A stretch of 64,000 bases of DNA from sequence record SRR31156797_4857; one strand, given 5' to 3'. Shown one piece after another: positions 10,403 to 19,178 of the stretch; the first letter of the stretch is position 1; every line of letters begins with the position of its first letter. The translations under genes and the position numbers were made by a program. The notes beneath the pieces are model-generated. The model did not search any database. It was not told the DNA's origin and worked only from the letters and a program-made list of their open reading frames with translations.

Positions 10403-10903
10403 ATGAAAAAACTGTTGATCTGCCGTCATGCCAAGTCAAGTTGGAAGGACCTCTCTCTGGAAGATAGGGAGCGCCCGCTCAATAAACGAGGTAAACGTAA
10501 CGCACCTATGATGGGTGAGCGATTGCGTCAGCGTGGGGTATCCCCGGATGCAGTCATTACTTCACCCGCAAGGCGTGCGGCAAAAACTGCTAAACACCTG
10601 GCCAAAGCACTGCGTTTCTCGTCTTCGCAGATTCAGGTGGTTGAATCGTTGTATGATGCTTCGCCATGGTCTATTATTGAGTTTCTGCACACCGTAGACG
10701 ACTCGCTCGCAACTATTATGGTGGTAGTCCATAATTTGGAATGCACCATGTTGGCAAACCTGCTCGGCGGTTTGCGTATAGACAATGTACCAACCTGTGG
10801 CATTGTAGCGCTTGATTTCGACATCGTAAAGTGGCACCAAGTAGAGGAAGGCAAAGGAAAACTTGTCTTTTATGACTATCCAAAAAGGAATCCCGCCACA
10901 TAA
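10403..10903 (+). CDS. SixA-like histidine phosphatase
   Basis: CRHAKSSW...DRERPLNKRG, TSPARRA; likely start is ATG 10403, 2 nt after the ParA stop. Confidence 0.9.
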   Translation: MKKLLICRHAKSSWKDLSLEDRERPLNKRGKRNAPMMGERLRQRGVSPDAVITSPARRAAKTAKHLAKALRFSSSQIQVVESLYDASPWSIIEFLHTVDDSLATIMVVVHNLECTMLANLLGGLRIDNVPTCGIVALDFDIVKWHQVEEGKGKLVFYDYPKRNPAT

Positions 10904-10916
10904 TATGAGGTAGCGC

Positions 10917-13010
10917 GTGAAAAGAAATCCGTTGGGTCTTTTCCTTGATCGTATTTCTCCACCCCAAGGTCTATTGCTGATTTTGCTGGCTATTCTTGTC
11001 GGCAGTGTCACTGGCCTGGCTGCTGTTTTTTTTATCAACCTGATCGCTGCCATCCAAAAGGTGCTGTATGCGCTTTTCCATGCAGTGATTCCGTATTTGG
11101 GGATATGGAGCTACCTGCTTGTACCTGTTACCGGCGCATTGCTTGCCGGCCCCTTGATTGCCTGGTTTGCTCGTGAAGCGAAGGGACATGGTGTGCCCGA
11201 GGTGATGCAGGCTTTGATCCTTCGAGGGGGAAGAATTCGGGCTCGTGTTGCCGTAGCTAAAATTGTCGCTTCAGCACTGTGTATTGGATCTGGAGGATCT
11301 GCCGGTCGCGAAGGACCGATTGTCCAAGTCGGATCAGCGTGTGGATCCGTTACCGGCCAGCTGCTTCACCTCTCTGATGAACGTATCAAAAATCTGGTTG
11401 CTTGCGGTGCTGCTGCCGGGATTGCAGCAACATTTAACGCTCCCATAGCAGGGGTGGCCTTTGCCATAGAAGTGCTCATGAGTGAGCTGCAAGTACGCAT
11501 GTTCGGTAATGTCGTTATTGCAGCGGTTTCGGCCTCGATCGTCAGCCAGGTGTTTCTCGGCGATCAGCCCGCGTTTCTGGTTCCAGCTTACTCCATGTCC
11601 TCACCTTATGAAATGTTACTGTACCTTCTGCTTGGCCTTGTTGCAGCCGTGGTTGGTATCTTTTTTATTCGTACATTGGATTTTTCTGAACGTTTTTTTG
11701 ATGGCTTGAAGTTTCCTCTGGCATTGAAACCGGCTGTCGGAGCAGTCTTGTTAGGTATACTTGGGATGACGTATGTTGCTGTTACAGGAGCATCACCGGA
11801 AACACTTCTTGGGTTTTCTCCTGAACAGCTAGCCGAACATAAACCCCATGTTTACGGGTCAGGCTTTGCTTTTATCGAACGAACACTTCGTGGAGATGCC
11901 AGTTTTCTCCCCTTTTTACTGCTTGTTTTTCTAAAGCCAATAGCCACCTCGTGTACCCTGGGCTCTGGTAATTCAGGTGGTGTTTTTGCACCTTCTCTCT
12001 TTACCGGCGCTATGTTGGGGGGGAGTTTGGGAGCTTTGTTTTCCACTTGGCTGCCAGAGTTGTCTGGACCAACCGGTGCTTATGCTTTGGTTGGGATGGC
12101 TGCTGTGTTTGCAGCCTGTGCCCATGCACCGTTAACAGCCATTCTCATCGTTTTTGAAATGAGCAGTGATTACGGGTTGATTCTGCCCTTAATGATTGCG
12201 GCTGTAACTGCCTCCAATGTTGCACAGTACCTGTTTCATGATTCCATGTATACAACCAAGCTTACCCGTCGCGGTATACGGTTTGATCAGGGAAGGGATC
12301 TGGATATCATGCAAGGGGTATTGGTGCGTGAAGTAATGAACACAGAGCCGGTAGTTATCGAAAAAAATGCCCCTCTAGCAAATTTATACCAGATGTTTCA
12401 GGAGACAAATTATCTTGGATTTCCTGTGGTTGACGAAAAAGGTTTGCTCTGGGGTATAGTCACCCTCCAGGATTTGGAAAAGGTGCTGGTTGAAAATAAG
12501 GAGCCCCTTCGCGAGTTGAAGGTTGTTGACGTAGCCATTGTAGACCCTGTTACAGTTTTTCCCGATGAGCCTATATGGACTGCGATCCAAAAAATGGCGC
12601 CTCGAGATCTTGCACGTTTACCGGTTGTCAGTAGGAGCAGTGAGGCAACCCTTATCGGGCTTATCAGCAGAAGTAATATTCTTCGAGCCTATGATGTTGG
12701 TATTGTCCGAAAACAACGGGGGCAGCTTTTAGATGGCAACATGGTTTTACGAAAAGAAGAACAAAATGTGTTTGTAGAAGTTCGCCTGCAGACAGCCCAG
12801 CATGCGGTCGGTGTTTGCCTGAAAGATTTGGGACTGCCTGAGGCTGTGAATGTGGTTTCCATAGAAAGGGCTGGGATACTACATATCCCCAAGGGTGACA
12901 GCCGATTTGCAGCAGGTGATATTGTGACCCTGTTTGCCAAGAAAGAAGCAGTAGAGCGAGCAATGCAACAATTTCATCATGGTCCGGACAAGAAACAGCA
13001 TGGGGAATGA
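10917..13010 (+). CDS. ClC-family chloride channel/transporter with a CBS pair and a C-terminal TrkA-C (RCK_C) domain
   Basis: GHGVPEV, GREGP, FNAPIAG, GGVFAPSL motifs; two CBS repeats (FPVVD, LPVV); TrkA-C tail (IPKGDSRFAAGD). Confidence 0.93.
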   Translation: MKRNPLGLFLDRISPPQGLLLILLAILVGSVTGLAAVFFINLIAAIQKVLYALFHAVIPYLGIWSYLLVPVTGALLAGPLIAWFAREAKGHGVPEVMQALILRGGRIRARVAVAKIVASALCIGSGGSAGREGPIVQVGSACGSVTGQLLHLSDERIKNLVACGAAAGIAATFNAPIAGVAFAIEVLMSELQVRMFGNVVIAAVSASIVSQVFLGDQPAFLVPAYSMSSPYEMLLYLLLGLVAAVVGIFFIRTLDFSERFFDGLKFPLALKPAVGAVLLGILGMTYVAVTGASPETLLGFSPEQLAEHKPHVYGSGFAFIERTLRGDASFLPFLLLVFLKPIATSCTLGSGNSGGVFAPSLFTGAMLGGSLGALFSTWLPELSGPTGAYALVGMAAVFAACAHAPLTAILIVFEMSSDYGLILPLMIAAVTASNVAQYLFHDSMYTTKLTRRGIRFDQGRDLDIMQGVLVREVMNTEPVVIEKNAPLANLYQMFQETNYLGFPVVDEKGLLWGIVTLQDLEKVLVENKEPLRELKVVDVAIVDPVTVFPDEPIWTAIQKMAPRDLARLPVVSRSSEATLIGLISRSNILRAYDVGIVRKQRGQLLDGNMVLRKEEQNVFVEVRLQTAQHAVGVCLKDLGLPEAVNVVSIERAGILHIPKGDSRFAAGDIVTLFAKKEAVERAMQQFHHGPDKKQHGE

Positions 13011-13188
13011 AAAACCAGGGTCAGAGCGACCAAATTGCTTGAAATGTAAACACTTTTATGTGACTTATGAACCCCGTTACCCTCGAGGGTGTCGTGTATA
13101 TGGGTTTAAGAGTCGTGAATTGCCGGCAGCGGTTGTTTATGCCAACTCCGGAGCGCATTGTTGTCTTTTTCAAAAAAGACAAAAGTAA
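13000..13188 (+). CDS. Small Cys-rich conserved protein (62 aa), possible metal binder
   Basis: CLKCKHFYVTYEPRYPRGCRVYGFKS...SGAHCCLF; overlaps the end of the ClC gene, suggesting translational coupling. Confidence 0.75.
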   Translation: MGNEKPGSERPNCLKCKHFYVTYEPRYPRGCRVYGFKSRELPAAVVYANSGAHCCLFQKRQK

Positions 13189-13309
13189 TCATTCAGCGAA
13201 ACTCCACGGAGTTTGCGCATACCTCAGCGCACGATCAGACAGGTAAACAGAGCTTTACTCTTGTTATCCAGCCTGTTTGCACGCATCTGGAGCAGTGCTG
13301 AACAGTTAT
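13185..13309. repeat. Full copy of the ~125-bp MITE-like repeat with imperfect terminal inverted repeats
   Basis: Ends GTAATCATTCAGCGAAACTCCA ... TGGAGCAGTGCTGAACAGTTAT; homologous to 1-103. Confidence 0.85.
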
Positions 13310-13385
13310 AGATAAAAACTCAATAAGTACAGAGTTACAAGCGGATCTAACTGCAGCCATTAGGTTGTACAAGAATAAGGACGTA

Positions 13386-14642
13386 ATGAAATTATCAAAA
13401 TTTGGTGAAAAATTTTCAGGTGATGCTGGCATATTGTCGTTAATGGATGATCTGGGAAATGCCATGGCCGAAGGTGGTATGATCATGATGGGAGGCGGGA
13501 ACCCCGGCTCCATCCCAGAAATTGAAAGTGTTATGCGCGAGCAGATGCAGGAGCTGGTTGATGACGATCAGGCCCTGCGCAAGCTTATTGGCATCTATGA
13601 TCCGCCACAGGGGGAGAAGGGATTTCTCAAGGCACTGGCAGCACTTTTACGCAAAGAATTTGGTTGGGATATATCTGCTGAAAATATCTGCCTCACCAAC
13701 GGAAGTCAGGCAGCTTTTTTCATGATGTTCAATATGTTTGCCGGGGAGTGTGAAGGCGGGGCAAGGAAAAAAATTCTACTTCCAATGGCACCTGAGTATA
13801 TTGGTTATGCCGACCTTGGGTTGAGTGACGATTTTTTTGTTTCCGTTCGACCACGCATTGAATGCGTTGGTGATAACCTTTTTAAATATCGAGTTGATTT
13901 TGATAACATTTCGATAACCGAGGATATTGGTGCTATCTGTATTTCTCGGCCAACCAACCCCACAGGTAATGTTCTCACTGGTGATGAGGTTAACGGGCTG
14001 GATAAGTTGGCCCAAAAGCATAACATCCCGTTGATTATTGATTCGGCTTACGGGGTGCCGTTTCCCAGTATGATATATACCGAGGTGGAACCGGTTTGGA
14101 ATGAAAATATCATCGTTTCCATGAGCCTGTCAAAGTTCGGTCTTCCTGCTGTCCGTACTGGTATTGTCATTGCCGGGGAAAAATATGTTGATGCGTTGTC
14201 CAGTGTTAATTCGATTATCAATCTTGCTCCAGGCAGTTTGGGTGCAATGTTGACCACACCCTTGATAAAAACAGGTGAGATTTTACGACTCAGCAAAGAT
14301 GTGATCAGACCGTTTTATAAACAAAAAATGGAAAAGGTGATGGAGGTCGTTGAGGAGGCCTTTACCGGCTGCAAGTATAAGGTGCATATCCCGGAAGGAT
14401 CTATGTTTCTCTGGTTCTGGTTTCCGGATCTTCCTATAACCAGCCGTGAGTTGTACCAGCGTCTGAAGCAGCGTAAGGTACTGGTAGTTTCCGGAGATTA
14501 TTTTTTCCCAGGATTAGAACCGGGCTGGCCTCATGTTAACGAATGTATACGGGTCAACTATTCGCAGGACGAAAGTGAAGTGCACCGGGGGATTCGCTTG
14601 ATCGCCGATGAAATACATTCAATCTACAGTGAAGGGAATTGA
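13386..14642 (+). CDS. avtA: Valine--pyruvate aminotransferase (PLP class I)
   Basis: MKLSKFGEKF, GGGNP, LTNGSQAAFF, PEYIGY, SRPTNPTGN, DSAYG, SLSKFGLP; ATG 13386 follows an AAGGA SD. Confidence 0.93.
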   Translation: MKLSKFGEKFSGDAGILSLMDDLGNAMAEGGMIMMGGGNPGSIPEIESVMREQMQELVDDDQALRKLIGIYDPPQGEKGFLKALAALLRKEFGWDISAENICLTNGSQAAFFMMFNMFAGECEGGARKKILLPMAPEYIGYADLGLSDDFFVSVRPRIECVGDNLFKYRVDFDNISITEDIGAICISRPTNPTGNVLTGDEVNGLDKLAQKHNIPLIIDSAYGVPFPSMIYTEVEPVWNENIIVSMSLSKFGLPAVRTGIVIAGEKYVDALSSVNSIINLAPGSLGAMLTTPLIKTGEILRLSKDVIRPFYKQKMEKVMEVVEEAFTGCKYKVHIPEGSMFLWFWFPDLPITSRELYQRLKQRKVLVVSGDYFFPGLEPGWPHVNECIRVNYSQDESEVHRGIRLIADEIHSIYSEGN

Positions 14643-14643
14643 T

Positions 14644-16335
14644 ATGCAGTTGAGGCGGAGATTGCTTCTGATAACCCTGCCCATGTGGCTCTCGGTATGC
14701 ATGGTAAATACTGGCTTGGCTGTTTGCCTGGAAGGGAACTGTAGAGATGGATGGGGACATTACACCAGCGATGATGGGCGTGATTATATTGGTGAATTCA
14801 AGCACGGTTATCTCTGGGGCCAGGGAAAGCTGATCCTGCCCGATGGTTCTGTGTATCAAGGCAGTTTTTATAAAGGGCGTTTCAACGGAAAAGGTACGCT
14901 CATAAGCGCAGATGGAAGACGATTTAGCGGAACCTTTAAGGACGGGGTGATTAACGGTAATGGAACTCTCACCTATGTCGATGGCCTGCAGTATATGGGT
15001 GAGTTTACCCTTGGACGTTATCATGGACAAGGCAGTATATTTTATCCTGACGGGCGAGAGTATACCGGTGATTTCCGTAATAATACCATCCATGGTCAAG
15101 GTAAACTGACCTATGAGGATGGGGGCACCTATGAAGGGCAGTTTAAAGACGACAAGCCCGACGGGCACGGGCTCCGTCGCTATCTTGACGGATCCCGCTA
15201 CGAAGGAGATTATAAGGATATTTATCGCGAGGGTAGTGGTCGGCTGACATTTCCTGACAGTACCGTTTATGAAGGGCAGTTTAAAAAAGACACCTATCAT
15301 GGTCAGGGGCAGCTCAAAATGGCTGATGGCCGCTTGTACAGCGGTACCTTTCAACAGGGTCAGATCATAGGTAATGGTACGATGACCTGGCCTGATGGTC
15401 GTGAATATACAGGGTTGTTTGTCAAAGGCATTCCCGACGGGATGGGGATTATGCTGTACCCAGACGGTAGCCGTTACGAAGGCATGTTTGTAAATGGACA
15501 GCGTGAAGGCGAAGGGATTCTGGTTTACGCAGACGGAAGTCGCTACGAAGGAGATTTTGCTGCCAATACGCTCCATGGGCAGGGTGTTTTGAAAAAGGCT
15601 GACGGCACCTCTTTTAAAGGAAAGTTTCAAAATGGTTCGCCAGTGGAGCCACCGCCTTCATCAGTTAACAAGAAAGAAACTGAGGCTGTTGCAGCGACAA
15701 AATCTGACCAAAGTGAAGAGAAGATAGAGCAGTACGGTCCCTTAACCTTTGTGGCACGTGTCCCTGAAAACAGTAAAGTGAAGGAAGGGATCTACCTTAT
15801 CAATGGGTATGTGTATACCGATGCACAGCAGCGGCAAAAATTTAATGGTACAACGATGCTTACTTTCCAAGACAATAGCCAGTACCAAGGGCAGTTTGTT
15901 GACGGGGTAATGGAAGGGAACGGCAATCTTCTCTATGATGATGGTAGAAAATATACAGGAGAATTTGTCAAAGGCAAAAAACAAGGGAAAGGCAGCCTGT
16001 CCTATCCTGACAACTCTTTGTACAAGGGCATGTTTGCCAACGACCTGTTTGACGGCGAGGGAATATATACCTTTCCCGACGGCAGTCAATATAAAGGAGA
16101 GTTCAAGCAGGGAGCTTTTTGGGGCCTGGGTAAACTGAGCTATAAAGATGGGAAAGAATATGTGGGCACCTTTAAAAATGACCTTCCCGATGGATACGGC
16201 ACCCTGCGTTCACCTGATGGGAGTCTGTATGAGGGTGGTTTTAAAAACGGACGGCGTAACGGGAAAGGAAAACTGACTCTGAAAGATGGTCGGGTTGCTG
16301 AAGGGGATTTCAAAAACGATCAACTTTTGCCGTAA
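14644..16335 (+). CDS. Secreted MORN-repeat protein
   Basis: Signal peptide then CLEGNCRDGWG; about 20 23-aa YxGxFxxGxxxGxG repeats in two blocks separated by a Pro/Glu/Lys linker. Confidence 0.92.
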   Translation: MQLRRRLLLITLPMWLSVCMVNTGLAVCLEGNCRDGWGHYTSDDGRDYIGEFKHGYLWGQGKLILPDGSVYQGSFYKGRFNGKGTLISADGRRFSGTFKDGVINGNGTLTYVDGLQYMGEFTLGRYHGQGSIFYPDGREYTGDFRNNTIHGQGKLTYEDGGTYEGQFKDDKPDGHGLRRYLDGSRYEGDYKDIYREGSGRLTFPDSTVYEGQFKKDTYHGQGQLKMADGRLYSGTFQQGQIIGNGTMTWPDGREYTGLFVKGIPDGMGIMLYPDGSRYEGMFVNGQREGEGILVYADGSRYEGDFAANTLHGQGVLKKADGTSFKGKFQNGSPVEPPPSSVNKKETEAVAATKSDQSEEKIEQYGPLTFVARVPENSKVKEGIYLINGYVYTDAQQRQKFNGTTMLTFQDNSQYQGQFVDGVMEGNGNLLYDDGRKYTGEFVKGKKQGKGSLSYPDNSLYKGMFANDLFDGEGIYTFPDGSQYKGEFKQGAFWGLGKLSYKDGKEYVGTFKNDLPDGYGTLRSPDGSLYEGGFKNGRRNGKGKLTLKDGRVAEGDFKNDQLLP

Positions 16336-16481
16336 CCTGGGTTTTTAACTGGCACCATGTTCATATAAAAACAGGGCAATGCTATTCGTCAGCCTGTCCA
16401 AAGGAACAGTCGTTTGAAAACTATAACCGTGAAAGACCAGAGGCAGCCCCTGTTGGTCTGTACAAAGGAGACTCCACTATT

Positions 16482-16832
16482 ATGATATGGCAATACCGTA
16501 CCATTATTTTTGAATTTGCCAAAGACGGTCTCTTAGGTGAGCGTTATATTAATGATGAAGAAATGGAAAATACCCTGAACGAACAAGGTAGTATGGGGTG
16601 GGAGCTGGTGAGTGCGGTTATGGTTCAAGACGGTGTACTTGCGGTCTTGAAACGAACTGGTACTAAAGTGGTAACCCAAAAGGATCGTTCGACTTCCTCT
16701 GAATCTCCACTTGAGACAGATATAATTTCCGTAACCAAGGAAGATGCCATTACCAGCGAGCAGGTACGTCAGCAGGAACAGGAATCAGGAGACCATGGCC
16801 ATCGCCATATCGGTGATATAAAAATATCCTGA
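16482..16832 (+). CDS. DUF4177-like small protein
   Basis: WQY...LNEQGSMGWELVS...LKR pattern; GGAG SD upstream. Confidence 0.75.
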   Translation: MIWQYRTIIFEFAKDGLLGERYINDEEMENTLNEQGSMGWELVSAVMVQDGVLAVLKRTGTKVVTQKDRSTSSESPLETDIISVTKEDAITSEQVRQQEQESGDHGHRHIGDIKIS

Positions 16833-16869
16833 TGCTATTGCAATGAGGTACAGCTGAGGAAATGCAGGT

Positions 16870-18051
16870 ATGCTGTTCACACCAACACTTTTGGCCCACT
16901 TAATTGAGTTGCGCAGAACCATCCACAGGAACCCTGAACTCAGTTATAAAGAGGAAAGTACCTCCGCACTTATTCGAAATGAACTGGAGGCGCTGAATAT
17001 ACCTTATCGGCAACTGGCAACTACCGGCATACGTGCTGAAATCCAAGGCCAGCAGAAGGGTAGGGGGACTCAGGAGGGAACCGTAGCCCTGCGTGCTGAT
17101 ATGGATGCGCTGCCCATTCCGGAAAAAACAGGGTTGCCTTTTGCCTCGGAAAAACCTGGAATTATGCATGCCTGTGGTCATGACGGGCATGTGGCAATGT
17201 TGCTCGGTGCTGCTCATCTCTTACATAAAGGTGATTTTTCGGGTCAGATCGTTCTTATCTTTCAACCGGCTGAAGAGGCGGGCAATGGTGCCGCACAAGT
17301 TGTAGCAGAAGGTGGGCTAGATCAGGTGGATATGATATTTGGAGGTCATATCGACACCCATTTTGCTCCCGGACATTTTACGGTAGATAGGGGGCTTATT
17401 TGTTCCTATGCTGATCCGTTTATTATCCGTATTCATGGGCAGGGAGGGCACGCTGCCAGGCCCCATGAGGCAATAGATTCTGTGGTTCTTGCCGCCAATC
17501 TGGTCATGAATATGCAAACTCTTGTATCCAGGCAGATAAATCCCTCCCACGCTGCAGTGGTTACTGTGGGCAAACTTCGCGCCGGAACTGTGCTGAATGC
17601 CATTGCTGAAGAGGCGGTGCTTGAGGGGACTATTCGCAGCGCCCATCCTGAAACCCGCAATCGCCTGATAGCTGCTTTGCAAAGGCTTATTCTGGGAGTG
17701 ATGGATATGAGTAATGCCGAAATAGAGCTAGAATTTCTTGAAGGTATGCCTGCTGTCATAAATGATGAACAGGCAACGCGCATTGCCCGGAACGCAGCAG
17801 TTGATCTGGTGGGCAGGGAAAAGGTCGGAACCCAAGAGGCACCAAGTCTTGGTGGAGAAGACTTTGCCTTTTACCAGCAGCATATTCCAGGCTGTCTGGT
17901 GCGTTTTGGCGCTCAGATACCTGGTGATAAGGTAGGGCCGGCACATTCAGCCCGCTACGATTTTGATGAAAAAGTATTGAAATACGGCACTCAGTGGCTT
18001 GCTTTGGTAGCTTGTAGAGCCCTTGATCGTTTAGCTGAACACAAGGTGTGA
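16870..18051 (+). CDS. M20D-family amidohydrolase
   Basis: RRTIHRNPEL, LRADMDALP, HACGHDGH, FQPAEE, GGHAARPH, GEDF. Confidence 0.95.
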   Translation: MLFTPTLLAHLIELRRTIHRNPELSYKEESTSALIRNELEALNIPYRQLATTGIRAEIQGQQKGRGTQEGTVALRADMDALPIPEKTGLPFASEKPGIMHACGHDGHVAMLLGAAHLLHKGDFSGQIVLIFQPAEEAGNGAAQVVAEGGLDQVDMIFGGHIDTHFAPGHFTVDRGLICSYADPFIIRIHGQGGHAARPHEAIDSVVLAANLVMNMQTLVSRQINPSHAAVVTVGKLRAGTVLNAIAEEAVLEGTIRSAHPETRNRLIAALQRLILGVMDMSNAEIELEFLEGMPAVINDEQATRIARNAAVDLVGREKVGTQEAPSLGGEDFAFYQQHIPGCLVRFGAQIPGDKVGPAHSARYDFDEKVLKYGTQWLALVACRALDRLAEHKV

Positions 18052-18062
18052 GGGAATAGATA

Positions 18063-19178
18063 ATGACACCGATCGAATTTGCTGGAAGTCGTTTTTTTAC
18101 CCTTGGGGTGGAACTCGAGTTTCAGCTCATTGACCGGCAATCATTTAATCTGGTTCCTGTGGCACCAGCCATTATTGATCACGTACCGGATTCACTGCAG
18201 TCCAAGGTGGTACCGGAATTTCTACAGTCCATTATTGAGATTCGTACCGGTATCTGTGACACGGTGGCTGATGCTAAAGAGGATTTACAGACCACGATTC
18301 TTGCGGTTCAAAAGGTCGCTGAGAAGCAGAACTGCTTCCTTTCTTCCAGTAGTCTGCATCCCTTTGCCTGCCCTGAAGATCAGGTCTTAAGTTTTGGTGA
18401 GCGGTATGCGCGGATCATGAAAGAATTGCAGTATGTTGGCAGACAATTTATCTGCCAGGGGTTGCATGTGCATGTTGGCATGCCTGATGGTGAAACCGCC
18501 ATCAAGGTATGTGATACTATCCAGGCGTATTTACCTCTGCTGTTAGCCCTGAGCTGTTCCTCTCCGTTTTTTAGAGGCGAAGACACTGGGCTCAGTTCAT
18601 ATCGTACTAAACTCTTTGAAGCCTTGCCTCTGGCTGGAATAACCGGTTTTCATAGGACCTGGCAAGGGTTTGAGCGGGAAGTGCAGATGTTGCGTGATAA
18701 TCATGTAATCGCTGAATGTCGTGATCTTTGGTGGGATGTTCGGCCAAGCCCCTCCTTTAGTACAGTTGAAATCCGCATCTGTGACTTACCTTTGCGTTTT
18801 TCCCACGTGCTTGGTCTGGTGGCGTTGGCGCAGGGACTGGTAGCGGGTCTTACACGAAATATGGCTGAGCATCAGCCCATCAGCCACCAGTTGCTTAGTC
18901 GCAATAAGTGGCAGGCGGCACGGTATGGACTGGGCGGTACTTTTGTTGATCCTCTCGGCCTGGTTGGGCAGGGGAGTATGTCAATGAAAGAAGCTCTTTC
19001 CAGACTGATAACTGTTGTACAACCCATGTTGGTTAGTTTCGGCAGTCAGGCATATGTTTCTGCTTTAGGAGAACTTTGTCACAAGATGAATGGTGCGGAT
19101 AAACAACGTCAGTTGGTAAGCGACGGCTTGGATTTTCCGGGAATGCTCCAACAACTTAATAACGAATACTGGTCATGA
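18063..19178 (+). CDS. YbdK/GCS2-family carboxylate-amine (glutamate--cysteine) ligase
   Basis: TLGVELEFQLID, GLHVHVG, SSPFF, WWDVRP, TVEIRICD, NKWQAARYGL. Confidence 0.93.
   Translation: MTPIEFAGSRFFTLGVELEFQLIDRQSFNLVPVAPAIIDHVPDSLQSKVVPEFLQSIIEIRTGICDTVADAKEDLQTTILAVQKVAEKQNCFLSSSSLHPFACPEDQVLSFGERYARIMKELQYVGRQFICQGLHVHVGMPDGETAIKVCDTIQAYLPLLLALSCSSPFFRGEDTGLSSYRTKLFEALPLAGITGFHRTWQGFEREVQMLRDNHVIAECRDLWWDVRPSPSFSTVEIRICDLPLRFSHVLGLVALAQGLVAGLTRNMAEHQPISHQLLSRNKWQAARYGLGGTFVDPLGLVGQGSMSMKEALSRLITVVQPMLVSFGSQAYVSALGELCHKMNGADKQRQLVSDGLDFPGMLQQLNNEYWS

Noticed and set aside
14554-15630. 358-aa ORF antisense to the MORN gene, and many other shadow ORFs such as 39489-40217 and 1443-2042
   Set aside because: They overlap well-supported genes on the opposite strand or in another frame and show no recognisable motifs.
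14740-16320. Periodic ~69-bp DNA similarity that could suggest a CRISPR or tandem array
   Set aside because: Explained by 23-aa MORN repeats with synonymous divergence; there is no repeat-spacer structure and no cas genes.
16350-16366. TGGCAC as a sigma-54 -24 box upstream of the DUF4177-like gene
   Set aside because: No GC at the -12 position (reads TTCAT).
16370-16470. ACAGGGCAATGCTATTCG resembles the 5' end of a c-di-GMP-I riboswitch
   Set aside because: No GNRA-capped P2 stem and no GACGCAAA / tetraloop-receptor elements follow.
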